NCBI RefSeq assembly: GCF_006345805.1
Contig: NC_043005.1
Span: 76,694,001 to 76,758,000 of the forward strand
Direction of reading: 5' to 3'
DNA from: Octopus sinensis
Lineage: Eukaryota
Length of the DNA: 64,000 nucleotides
Shown here: piece by piece, positions 1 to 12,935 of the stretch
How the letters are laid out: each line of letters begins with the position of its first letter
Numbering within the stretch: position 1 is the first letter of the stretch
Made by a program: the position numbers and the translations under genes
The notes under the pieces: model-generated
Told to the model about the DNA's origin: nothing
Databases searched by the model: none
The model's input: only the letters and a program-made list of their open reading frames with translations

Positions 1-14
1 TTACAATAATACAG

Positions 15-568
15 TATTAAATCTCAGAGCGAGATGTAAACAGTAACCGCTCAACAACGTAAAGTATAAAAGCCATCTCAATATGGCTAACCACAAAGTG
101 GGGGCGTTACTGTAGCTTTTAGCCCCAGGAGATCGACGTCTCCAGCTGGCTTTAGACACACTTTCTGTGCCCTTCAGGTATTTGCAAAGGGAAGTCATCC
201 CTTCCTCGTAAGCCTTAGTGATACGCACCGGACCGCGGTTTCGAGATTATTGTCTCTTATCAACGGGCGGTAACCACCAGGTCACGATGAAAGGCAAGGC
301 TTGCTTTGCAAATATATAAGAGTTTTTCTAGTGACGTCTGCCACTGATTTCGAAAAACTGACTGTAAGCATTATTAAATCTCAGAGCGAGATGTAAACAG
401 TAACCGCTCAACAACGTAAAGTATAAAAGCCATCTCAATTTGCAAATACCTGAAGAGCACAGAAAGTGTGTCTAAAGCCAGCTGGCGACGTCGATCTTCT
501 GGGGCTAAAAGCTACAGTAACATCCCCACTTTGTGGTTAGCCATATTGAGATGGCTTTTATATTTTAC
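15..568 (-). mobile_element. Penelope-like retroelement remnant (pseudo-LTR-type direct repeat plus inverted segment)
   Basis: Bases 15-82 are repeated directly at 372-439 (period 357). Bases 439-568 are the reverse complement of 59-188, with the junction at the palindrome TTTGCAAA. A degenerate minimal hammerhead lies between them. Partial tandem plus 5' inversion plus minimal hammerhead is the known signature of Penelope-like elements. No RT or GIY-YIG coding sequence is visible. Confidence 0.6.
220..274 (-). ncRNA. Degenerate minimal type I hammerhead ribozyme
   Basis: Minus strand reads GTTACCGCCCG-TTGATAA-GAGA-CAATAA-TCTC-GAAA-CCGCGG-TC-CGGTGCGTATC. Stem II is GAGA/TCTC, GAAA is intact, stem III is the palindrome ACCGCGGT, the cleavage triplet is GUC, and stem I is partial. 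The core has two transitions versus CUGAUGA (C3U, G8A), so it is probably inactive. Confidence 0.65.
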
Positions 569-1074
569 ATACCTAGTATGTCGAAACTAAAGTTTATTAT
601 AAGTAATAAAGTAGTATAACTCTATCATATATATTCCTTTTCCGTTTGACCACAACTGATCTGTTCAGGCATGATTCACTCGCCTTTTCTTCAACTCAGG
701 ATTCGTTTTTACACCTTTGTTATATTCTTCTGTTGATCTTTCCGTCTCAGCACTTTCTTTTTCTGGTCCTTTTGGACACTATTTTCCATTGTGTTACACA
801 TATCTTGTTCTAATCCTGTCTTAGAGCGGAACGGCCTTTATTTTGTATATATATTTATATTCGTAACAACCACCTGTGTGGTGTTTCTTTCCCCCACTGT
901 TCTTTAGGTTCGCTCATTATCCGCAGCAGCTTTTTGCTGCAAACACCACCATCTGTTCCCGTTAAAGGCACGAAATTACTATGATTTCGGGGCTATAACT
1001 TACAAGGAAAGAGCATGTCCATGTCATGCGTGTTCCGTTAATTCCTTTGTCGTCCTCCTGTGCCTTTTTGAATC

Positions 1075-1076
<2 letters not shown>

Positions 1077-1113
<37 letters not shown>

Positions 1114-1184
1114 TCATTGCCTAACAGCTGTTTCTGCTATAAGTGGACTCATCGGGACCGGAATATTTCTTTGTCATCTCCCAA

Positions 1185-1224
<40 letters not shown>
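1077..1224. repeat. Two (TA)n microsatellites
   Basis: Pure TA runs at about 1077-1110 and 1187-1224. Confidence 0.95.
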
Positions 1225-1229
<5 letters not shown>

Positions 1230-2384
1230 TCAACCTTTATTTCAATGCATACATTGAAACATCATTATTGTAGTGATCTTTATTTTCTCTTATTTCATTT
1301 CTTTAATCAAAACTTAATTATCTTAACTTTTACAAAACTCTTGCTTACACGGATTTGAAATTTGTAGTAAAAAGTGCAAGAAATCTTGCGTACAAACTAT
1401 ATGTAAGAAATGAGAAAAGTAGATTCATCAACAATATTCTCTTAAACAGTCTTAAACAATATTCTCTTAAATAGTGTAATATATCATCTTTCCTCAATGA
1501 AGCACATAAAACTGTAGTTTCTTAGGGCGAATTATACATTTTTTGTTACATCAAATCAATATCACGTGCGAATATAGAACACTCATCAAACAACATTAAA
1601 TAACAACGCATTTTAAAAATAACATAACTCAGTTGTAAAGTTTTTATCATATTTTAATAATCCTCTTTATCGCAATGAAATTCAAAAACGTTGTTCTTTG
1701 TTGGGTTTATCAATTACTTGTAGCAATGATCTTTGAGTTGTAATCTCAAGCATCACAGATTAAGTAATCGAAATTGTTAATTACAAAATTGTGAGAAGGA
1801 AGAGAAAGAAAAAAATTGATAAAGTAAAATAGAATTTGCGAAACAAATTAAGAAAATGGAATTACCAAAATATTCTACCAATAGAAGAAAAAAAAAAGCA
1901 ACTCCTCTTTAAAACATTGCACTTATTGTACCATGTGTAATCAAAGAAAATCTGAATGATCCCGATTTAAAAAGAGAAAAATTATAAAGAAAGAATATAA
2001 ATTTGTTTCAAAATATAAAACTAACATAATTTTAACAAAATCAACACATTGTTTTACTTACAAGGGAAATACATTTGCAGCGTTTGAAAATATATAACAA
2101 CCGTCAAACGCTTTGTTTCAGTCTTGTATAAAATATTGATTTTAACCGATAATTTTAACCAATAATAAAGTTCATGTTTTCGAAAGTTTCCTAGTTGGTG
2201 AAATATCTTATACTGGGTTGGTCTAATATTATATAACAGTTTTTTTATTTATAAATTATTTTAAAAGCTAAGCTGAAATTATTTATTTATATTAATTTCC
2301 ATCTTTTCGCTGTTGCAGTGTTGCAAGGTGTAGGCACAATGGTTAAAAGTCCTTAGAGTTAACAATAATGAGGGCTATAATAAC

Positions 2385-2385
2385 T

Positions 2386-2417
<32 letters not shown>

Positions 2418-2511
2418 GAATACTTGTCCTATGTATGAATGTATATATATATGTGTGTGTGTGTATGCATGGTGTATAATTTCATAATATTCGACTCTGT
2501 GGGTGTGTGTG

Positions 2512-2584
<73 letters not shown>

Positions 2585-2600
2585 TGAGTGTGTCTGTGTG
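2385..2600. repeat. (AAT)n followed by (TG)n microsatellites
   Basis: AAT run at about 2385-2415 and a long TG run at about 2503-2600. These explain the THTH and VCVC ORFs. Confidence 0.95.
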
Positions 2601-2758
2601 CGTTTTAAAAGCCTGAAACGGCACTATTTGCTGCTACAAAACTGATACATCCCGTTTACCCACCCATAATGTATTGTAATTCCGATACTTTTCTAAGTAT
2701 GCCTATATATAGGTAGATAGACTGTTGAGAAAGCGATGGTAGCAAGCAGTATGAAGCT

Positions 2759-2807
<49 letters not shown>

Positions 2808-3572
2808 GTAGCTATGTATCTATATATGCGTGTGTAGAGAAATATATTGCTAAGAACAGTAATGCAATGTCGTTTCACATGAAATTACTTTAATTTGTTT
2901 TGCTAGACAGTGGTGTACGCTTTATGATTAAGTTGGCGAAGGTAAATGGCTATGCAGATCTTCATTCCTTCCCCATTTATCAACGTAATCGTGAAAGAGA
3001 AGAAAAAAGAAGACAAGCGAGAAATGAGTCCAGAAACAGGTTGGCTGCAAACTAAATCTTATCATTATATGCAATTTTTAAAGTGCAACGCAACAGCTTC
3101 GATAATGACTCATGTAAAGTTAGAAATAGACACCATGTCGCCAGATAACGAGAGTTAATTAGAGTTTAGCTTATTGGAATTCTAATTTACCTTTAATTGT
3201 CATAAAATTAACTGAAAGAAGTTTAACTCCTGATTCCCGTAGCTGAGTATATTATAGCTGAGACATGGTAGTTTTATCTCTATCTCTTAAGGGTCTATTT
3301 GCCAATTCTATCTTGGTTATTATAGGAACTTTCGTTTCCTATTATATTATAATCATCGCCTCTTTCCATCATAATTACTGGACTGTATGCATTTTATGCA
3401 AATACACGGACGGATAATTAAGAATGTTGTAACCCAGCAGGTTATGCACACGACTCTTTTATTATATTCTTCTAGAAAGTTTCGATGGCGACTTTAGTAG
3501 TTATAACGCGCCGTAATAGTATGTTTAATATTACCTTAAGAATCAGTGTGATTAACGTGTATATATATACAT

Positions 3573-3614
<42 letters not shown>

Positions 3615-4637
3615 TTATATATAGTATATATAGCTGTTAACTTAACTCGAAAAGGTTGCATATAAACCTATTTCACTATAGTTACTTACAGATATTACAA
3701 CCGGGATAACTTCATTTGAATGAAATATTTAGTAAACTAGTATATGTCATTCAAATTTAGTTTCGATTTTCATGTATTTTTGTTCAAAGCGACTGAAATA
3801 TACTGAGGTACGGTACAATTCAATCGAACATAAAAGGACGTAGTTTACGTCTTCGAATGCCATACTTCAAACAAAATATATTTGATCCTTCTAGACACAA
3901 ACAGTCCTTATCCACCGTGGATTCCAATTTGAATATTCAACGTAGACTTTGCATTAGACCTTAGAAGATTCATATACTCTGTTTAAGAATGTACATATGT
4001 ACATATCCGATGAAAATTATTAATACGCATATATGTGTTTGTGCGAGTTTGTGTGAGATGTTAATATATATATGTAAATATTTGTTTGTATCTGCATGTT
4101 GGAAATGTGAGTGAATATCTAAATGCTCGAAATGAGCAATCATCTGCCAGTGTAACTTATATCAATCCTAGATATTTCAATTTAATTTTTGTATTAGCTC
4201 AAGGCTGTAGCAATTTAAAATACATACATATTAACCCACAAAACATGATAAAGTGTATGTATGTATCAGTATGTGTGTGAATGAAGGAGTGTGTATGGGT
4301 ACGTGCTTGTGCGTGTATGTGTGTTTAAGAGAGAGAATAAGTACTCTAGCGGGGTGCAAGTTTGTTTTATAAGTTGTTTGGCACACAGATTAAAAAGGTT
4401 ATAAACTATGACTAAAGATTATATTTCTATGAATATCGGCCTTTGGTCAACAGCAGAATTTCTATGGAAAAAAAGAAAATATTTCCGCAGAAATCTTATA
4501 TGTCTATATTTGTTTAAATACTACAAGGCTTTGAAGCCATGATTTGGGAATGAACAAGAAGCATGGGTATTGTAGAATATTTTTGTAACAACGAAAACCG
4601 ACCAATTATATTTGGTTTTATTTTAATTTTGTGAGCA

Positions 4638-4684
<47 letters not shown>

Positions 4685-6355
4685 CAATAATAACAATAAC
4701 AAATAATCATAGAAAGAAAATAATCTAGTACTTTTGTCTTAATGGCAACTTAAAAAGCTAAGATAGTATTCCATAGTTGTTAGGAACACTAATAACAGAG
4801 ACACTTCTGCAGTATTTTCAAGAAGTAAATCTTATGTTATAACTGTTCAGGATTGCCACAAAATGGACGAATCCTACATGTAGTGATATAAGATATAATA
4901 TATCACTCACTATCAGACGGTTGAAGAATTCTGGGTAGATCCACAATAGAATGGTATTTTATCAAGATTTCTCGAAAGGCAATTAACTTATAAAGAGTTT
5001 CCTCTTATATGATTATCACAGGGTTAAGACTTTCGATGTTGTAAAGCGGGGTCAAAATATCTGATAAATGGCATTGAGAAAATAACTTCAACATAGTTTC
5101 AATTTATCTCAAACCAACTAATTCTCTGATAGGGTTTGAAATTTAGTTTACATTATATATTTATTCTCGCCTTTGGAATGATCTAACAAACGGACTTGGA
5201 TTCAGTAAGGACGGGTTTGATGGCTGAGTTTTAAAGTTTTTAGTTCAGTCATTGAAAGTAAGAAAAAAATAGGGGTTCGTTGGTTAATTTATCACAGTAT
5301 GAATAATCTTCGTCATAACCAACAAAGGCAATACAGTGAAAATATTGATGTCAGGCCTTTACGTTTGTATATATGGCCATTAAAAAAAAAAGACAATGAA
5401 AAACCCTATTTGTTTATTTGTAATGTGGTATACGTTTACATCTTTCATGAACATATATTTGAAATATTCAGGCTATGGATTTCTCATATCTAAACCTTAA
5501 TTGAAAACGTTTCCTGAAGATAATAATTTGTTTACAATCAACTCATAGCAGATTTAAGAATTAACTTATTATTGCTGTTTTCTTTTAAATAAAATACATT
5601 TCTTATTAACATTTTATGAATTCATCCTCAGTTATTATGCATCAAAACGCATTTATAAAAATAACTGTTATTATCCTTATTGTTATTATTATTATTGTTC
5701 AAATCATTAATATTATTATTGAACGCATTATACTTATACTGGAAGTCCTATAAATATAATCCATTAGCTCATTTTCTTTTCTTCGAATATGGGATATAAC
5801 CAAGAAAAGGAAAATACAACGGCATCGGAAAATGTTAAACTTATAATTGCGAACTGTTTTTTTCTATATGAATGAGCTTAGGTTGTTGATTTTTTTTTCA
5901 TCTATATAGGCTTACTTATTGATGAAGAATAGTTTTATGTTTGAGCTATATTTGGGCAAAAACAGAAAAGGAACTTTGTTTATTGAGGGCAAAATATAAA
6001 TCTGATGTGGAGAGTTTAGTGCCAATCTCTGATTGGGTAATGAATAAGCTTATAAAAATCACGCCATTTACTAACATGAAATAATTAGCAACTACTACTG
6101 TTTTGTTTAAAGTCTGCCTGCCAATTACGTTTCTTCTTTTCATGTTATTGAAATTGAAACTTTTAAATTTGTAAACAAAATAATTAAGCTGAACAAAAGA
6201 TTGCTACATTTTGTTTTTTATTCTACAAAAAGTTACGTATGTCTTATTTTTTATTAGAGAATATTGAAATATTTTTATTAATATGATTTAAATTACAGTA
6301 CAAAGTGTTCATAGTAAACTACTATACTTGGGAGAATATATAAAACTAAGCAATC

Positions 6356-6394
<39 letters not shown>

Positions 6395-7650
6395 AATTCA
6401 TTATGTGTCTCTAACAATATTTGATCACCCTTTCCACATTGGATCGGACAAATTCTTTGAAGGAGTTGTATTACCATAAACCTAACATGAGCTTTCATAC
6501 AGTACTAAGCTAAGCATAATTTGCGATATAACGCGAAATGTATTTTACTGTGTCATTGTAAAGAAGGCTAAACATCTTTCGGTCCGTAGCGAATATAGAG
6601 AAAAATGTCATACGAAAATATGTCTATGGTCATTAACATCCATTTTATATAGAAGTATGTCCTACTCATTGTAAGTAAAACGAAACACCTTATGGTTTGC
6701 GTTGCAAAACAACTTTAAGTCATAGACTCTAAAGTCATTAAAGATTTTTACAGAGATTTCCTGAAAGACTTCTTACATCAACAACGCATACCGATAAGCA
6801 GTGCTGCTGGATTTGAGATATTTTACAATTTCACTGGATATTTCTGAATTATATTTCGTATAGTCAAGTAATGTTTCTCCTTTTGAAAAAGAAAATACTT
6901 ATGTAAATTGAGACAAAACCTTGTACATTTGCTATCTTAAATAATATCACATTTAAATTACTGTAAGAATGATCCAATTTTCTTCAAAGCTGAATTCCTG
7001 TCTGAAGATACCACAGAATGTATTAAACATTACCGCAAATTTTATTTGAAAAAATTACAACTCGCGTTATGAATTGTTCATTTATCTGGTACCCTTCATA
7101 TACATGTTTATATGGAATTAATTTTGACAAGAGATCTTCAACTCAAGGACCTTATAAGCACACAGTCTATGGATATAAAACACAATTTGGGTTCATTTAT
7201 GATAAAAATAACTTTAAAAAAGACTTTAGGAAACAATTGCAGTTCGTAAATAAAAATATATCTAATTGTTAGAAGCGTTCAGAATATTGCAAAAAATTAT
7301 TAATATAGCTTGGTACTAATTTAAATATTAGCTTTGAGTGTGATTTACAGTTGAATATAAGCATAGGTGATCAGTTGATCTTAAACTGCGGCCATACTTT
7401 AGCTTAAAATTCGTAAGTATAGATATATTAGTTCCTTATAAACAAGCAAAAATGTCACAGTTTACGTTAAATGTTATATAGCAAATTTTATAGAAATATA
7501 GCGAAATTAAAAAATTACTTAAGTTAACAATGGATTAAAATAGCTTTATCACTATTATTTTTTATAATCGCCTTATGACTCCAGTTTATTAAATAAGACA
7601 ACGCAAATTATAGCTCAGTGGTTTAGCTGTGACGTTATGAAAAGTGGTTA

Positions 7651-7684
<34 letters not shown>

Positions 7685-8411
7685 AGCTAAATTTATGTTA
7701 GATTAATGTATTTATTATTTCTGCATTTATTTTAAATCAGACAAAGGTATTTTTGTTAGTTATGTAATTAGTTTAAATAATGAAATAATCAGAAGAAGGA
7801 GAAGAGGCAGTTGCATTTATGAAATTTATTAATTTATTCCTTTTATTCTTAACGAAGGCGTGATGTATAGCAATAGTCTATATCGCTGTATGCTCTAATA
7901 AAAGTATCGGAATGTATTGATAATCAATAACGTCGCATAATTTAGAAGCTTCAGCTTCAAAATAGCAGTTTTTGATGCTAAAGTTAAAATATACTACCTA
8001 GCAATTTACTAATTTATGAATCTTTCTTTTAGAATTAACCTCGTATCCTGAAATATTGCTTGCTCATTAACAGTATAACCATTGGTAAATAGTGGTATAT
8101 ATTTAGATTCAATTTCTTCAGTTTAACATTAGTCGGCCATTGAAAAGTTTAACATGTCTTGAAATATAAAGTTAATCGTCCATGAATAAGCTTTAGCAAT
8201 ATGCCTAAATCGGCTAATATAGAAAAGAGACTATTTATTATTTCAAAATCTAGTGAGTTTTTTTTCCATAATTATAATTTTTACTTCAAATTCTTCGTGA
8301 GGATGATGAAAGAATGGCGGGATTCAATAATTTTCTTTAGATATATAAACAAAACAACTCCAGTTGGAATGTTGTATCTTGTAACTTGGTTCAGCGCTTC
8401 ATCTTGGCGAT

Positions 8412-8450
8412 CTAATTGTATTGTGTTCTCTGGGTATAGGTAGCTTGCTC
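8412..8450 (-). CDS. NF70: Neurofilament gene, NF70-type isoform, last coding exon (EQATYTQRTQYN*)
   Basis: Acceptor ttacttttag, 39 nt, phase 0, ending in TAG. It continues in frame from QNEKGE and resembles the end of squid NF70 as I recall it. There is no CaaX box, so this is a cytoplasmic IF and not a lamin. Confidence 0.85.
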   Translation of the reverse strand, partial: EQATYTQRTQYN

Positions 8451-9529
8451 CTAAAAGTAAAGTAAAACATTACAAATTGAATACAAACACATACGTATAA
8501 GTTTTTGCACAAACCTATAAAGGGGACTACATTTGCTTGAAATATACGTACATACACACACATATATATATATATAACCTCTCTCTCTCTGTATATATTT
8601 TATATATGCATTTCTTCTTACATGAAAATGTGGACAGTAACTTCGAAATTTCGCAGATCTTGGCTTTATAAAACTTCAAATATCATGTATGCAAATATAT
8701 TAGTGGCATACATGAAATGAATAGTAATCCAGGCAAACATTGATGGATTGATTACTGAGAGCGTATCCCTTTCTGTACAGGGACTATAATACTATTTTTA
8801 GCTTTCAGAAAACCAATGCAGACTCATTGTAAGAAAATAGATATAGCTTCAATTATAAATTAATTCGCAAATTCGACTCACCAATTACTTATCTCCCTCA
8901 TAGAGTGTCCTCGAAGAGATATTTACTTTGTTCTGTGTAACAGTTGAATGTAAATTAATACTAAAGTGATAGAAAGCATGTAGCGTTCCTTTCTATAATA
9001 TTAAATCTGCATTAAGTTTGCGTTATATTTTTTATCCATTACCTATTGATAGCATTCTCATTTAGGTGTTCCTGTATTGTTTGATGCAAAGCAAATATTC
9101 CCTAATTAAGAAGACCATTCAAAAAAATCTTCACATGTGTGATGTATCAAAGCAGACACATTATATCCATACTTCACTGAGAACAATTGTACGTAGTATT
9201 CGGGAAATATTACACTCGATTTACTGTTTTTGACAACCTTCAGTTCGTAGATCCTATGCAATAAAGGGTGTGAAATCATAAACAAAGACTTTGTTTATTG
9301 GGAAACAATAAACAGAGTTGAATATTACAGCAAATAGTTTCCTTCTATTATATGATAATATCTGGGGTCCGAGAAAGACAGTTCTACAATTTCTTGCTGA
9401 GCATCCTGCACAAATGATTTGTTTATAATGAGCTAATGTTTGTACCGCACATTACCTCAGTCTCTTCGTCAATTCGATATTACCTGAACAAGAGCATGGT
9501 ATACCATACATCAGATATCGAAATGATAG

Positions 9530-9650
9530 CAGAGGAATGTGAAATGAAGTGATTTTATTAAGAATACAATGTACCACCCAGTTCAGGAATCGAACCCACA
9601 GTCTCACGATCGTGAACGCAACAACCTAACCACTAGACTGTCCGCCTTCA
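9530..9650 (-). mobile_element. tRNA-derived SINE, 5' part
   Basis: Minus strand shows A-box-like TCTAGTGGTTAGG and a perfect B box GGTTCGATTCC, followed by a degenerate core-like segment. Confidence 0.75.
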
Positions 9651-9717
9651 TAGTTTCCTTGTATACTGATATATAAACAATCGTTTTCAAAATGTATATG
9701 TGAGAATGGTTACATAC

Positions 9718-9834
9718 CTCTCCTTTCTCGTTCTGCAGCACTGTGACAACATTTGAACCGGTTCCCCATGTATCAAAATCTTTGTTAACTAAATCATCTC
9801 CACGAGCTTGTGATTGTTGGCCTTTAGACCAGAT
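9718..9834 (-). CDS. NF70: Neurofilament gene, NF70-type lamin tail domain exon (IWSKGQQSQARGDDLVNKDFDTWGTGSNVVTVLQNEKGE)
   Basis: tatcag acceptor and gtatgt donor, 117 nt, phase 0-0. It carries typical lamin-tail-domain motifs IWS, WGTG and L.N..GE. Confidence 0.93.
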
Positions 9835-10007
9835 CTGATATAAATACATTTACAAATAATAATTAAGAAATGATATATGAAATAAACGTAAACAGAATTA
9901 TAATCAAATAAATATGAAAATCAATAGGCTGAGTAAAACACACCTACAATACCATTTATCATGTCATTTAATTATTGATCTAAGCTAAACAGAAATTCAT
10001 AACGTAC

Positions 10008-10112
10008 CTTAAGAACCATTTGACGTCTCAGTGTGACGTTTGGTAATACGAAAGAGTAAGTTTTGTTGTCATCAACTGTTCTTACAATTTTCCATCCATT
10101 AAGGTTATCATC
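10008..10112 (-). CDS. NF70: Neurofilament gene, NF70-type lamin tail domain exon (DDNLNGWKIVRTVDDNKTYSFVLPNVTLRRQMVLK)
   Basis: ccgtag acceptor and gtacgt donor, 105 nt, phase 0-0. It has the L.GWKIVR lamin-tail motif. This exon is absent from the supplied ORF track. Confidence 0.92.
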
Positions 10113-10354
10113 CTACGGCAGAGAAGAGAAGACAATTAAATAACTAAACCATTACCATCAGCACAATTGAATTAGGTCGATTGAAAAGAAACATTGACGG
10201 ATTATACACACATATAAGCACACATACACACACATATAAAAGAATGTGATTATTTGAGTAAATACTTAGTTAAGATCAATCTTACGTACATTTCATTAAC
10301 AAAGAATGATTATTATATATAGTACGCATATCACACGATCAAGTGCATTTACTG

Positions 10355-10510
10355 TATATACGACAGACGTCTTTCAGATTCCGTCCATCAGATCTAGTCA
10401 TAAGGCCATAGTAGAAGACACTTGCCCGAGGTGCCACGCAGTGGGACTGAACGTAGGACAATGTGGTTGAGAAGCAAGCTTCTTACAGCACGACCACTCC
10501 TGCGCCTCTG
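10355..10510 (-). mobile_element. tRNA-derived SINE (same family as 55155-55497)
   Basis: Minus strand AGGAGTGG...GTTCAGTCCCACTGCGTGGCACCTCGGGCAAGTGTCTTCTACTA matches the head and core of the plus-strand copy at 55155. Confidence 0.8.
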
Positions 10511-11077
10511 CATAAGCGTTGAGTGATTTGGGTTTTTATTTTTTAAAATTAAGGATATATCAGCGTAGAAGATCAGGTAAAAATACTCTTATTCTAAGAC
10601 GGAATAATGTGGCTTGCTAGTCACTTTTTACCGTCTTATAAGGGAATTTTCACTGGATCTTCTTGGCTGTTTTCACAGCTATTCTTCTATGTTCAAGATT
10701 TCCTCAAGTTCCAAAGATTTCATATATACATACAAGGAAAAGAGATGACAAAGAGAAAAGATGGACTTAATTAACTTACAGATGTTATTTTGTCATTAAT
10801 AAAACTATATAGGAAAGGTTATAATACTGTTTAACAAGAACAGTATTTACAATGACTTTGAAGATTTTGTCAACAATCCATCATAGAACTTACAGTATAA
10901 ACATGTGTATGACTATACGTACACCTATATGCTTATACATGTACATATATGTCCTTACTTATACATAGCAAAAATCGTTAAAAATTATCATATAAGCATT
11001 AAGCAAAGAGAATTGCTTTACGGATATGGAGATGAACAACATTTTTTATATGAAGGAAAACCTGAAATTTGCATAAC

Positions 11078-11211
11078 CTTTTTTGTTTCCAAAGAGACAA
11101 AATGTCCTTCAGGGTCGGCTTCTTTGATTGATGCGTGGCTCCTGGAAGTTCTCTGGTATGTTGTTGTAGCAGACATTTCACCTCGCAACATTTTCATCGA
11201 CATTTGGGAAT
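11078..11211 (-). CDS. NF70: Neurofilament gene, NF70-type first lamin tail domain exon ((D)[44 protein letters not shown])
   Basis: Acceptor ttcttcgctgaag and donor gttatg, 134 nt, phase 1-0. It joins exon 30956-31068 to give YEATG-DSQMSMK, matching squid NF70 as I recall it. Confidence 0.9.
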
Positions 11212-11284
11212 CTTCAGCGAAGAAATTGAAGTATTAAATTATCACTTAACAGAATTCATATCTATTACCTGGGGTAAGGTCAGT

Positions 11285-11850
<566 letters not shown>

Positions 11851-12654
11851 TGCACACTCATATAGTGTTATGAATAGAATCTATCTTGGTTGTGTTCAGT
11901 CGTTAATAAAATTCCATTGCGTGCTCTCAGAAAAAAACATGTCGACGTTTTTGTGATGCAAAAAGATTGGGAGAAGAATTTCTACAGAGAATGCAATTTT
12001 TTAATACTTGTTCCTTATTTCAAGAAATAAAACTGAATTTTTGAAGAGACATATAGCAAGTATGTTAAGACATGCATTCATGCTTATTTAATTCCAAGAA
12101 TAATTTTCAAACAAACTTATTGCCTCTTGAAAATTCAATTTTGTTCTTGCTATCAAAATAGTTATTTTCATTAAGTTTTTCTCTCATCTTTGGATTTACA
12201 TGTTCAATACTAAAATCTAAAAATATTAAGAATATTCAATTGCTATTACATACAATATTTTTTTTATCTAATTCTATTGCCTTATCCTTATCATGATAGC
12301 TCGTTCAACAAAATAATTAGTTTTTCTATTGAAATATGAACAAATATTTTATTTAATACTATTTAATCTGGTGTATTGCTATACGGATACTAGTGCCCTT
12401 AAAATAGATATGTATATAATCTGTATTTGTTGGTGCGTGTTAGTGAGCGGGAGTGAGGATTTATGCAGACAGCAAATATATATGTAAGCAATATATTCAA
12501 AAAACAAAATCAACGAAAGTACAGCCCACACAGGATTGGAATTACAAAACGTTTGTATTCATAAACGTAGTTCGATTGTTCAAAAACTTTCAGAATTTTA
12601 ATTAAATTTTAAAATATTGCTTACAAATGTATACCGATTGATATTGGCTTGATA

Positions 12655-12659
12655 CATAC

Positions 12660-12695
<36 letters not shown>

Positions 12696-12935
12696 ATGTA
12701 TGTATATGTATGAATATATATATATACATATGTATATATGTATATATATATATATATGTATATGCATATGTGTATATATATGTATATATATATATATGTA
12801 TATGCATATGTGTATATATATGTATATATATATGTATGTATATATATGTATATATATATATATATTTGTATATATAGTAAATATGTATATGTATGTATTG
12901 AAATGGTAGTGTGTGTGTCTGTTTATGTGTGTGCG
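12655..12935. repeat. Compound (TA)/(TATG)/(TG) microsatellite
   Basis: Directly visible low-complexity tract. Confidence 0.95.

Noticed and set aside
445-495. Second hammerhead-like string CTGAAGA-GCACAGAAAGTGTG-TCTAAA-GCCAGCTGGC
   Set aside because: GAAA is replaced by TAAA, there is no UH after the palindrome, and there is no convincing stem I.
600-2100. Possible decayed retroelement coding sequence next to the Penelope-like structure
   Set aside because: I could not recover any convincing RT or endonuclease motif by eye. TBLASTX or an HMM search would be needed.
9530-9650. Possible tRNA genes at A/B-box sites (also 18150-18290 and 60140-60212)
   Set aside because: No complete cloverleaf is present and each runs into a SINE core, so these are SINE heads.
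8412-11211. Calling the gene a nuclear lamin because of the lamin tail domain
   Set aside because: There is no CaaX terminus (it ends TQYN*) and no evident basic NLS between rod and tail. The exons match the cytoplasmic neurofilament type.
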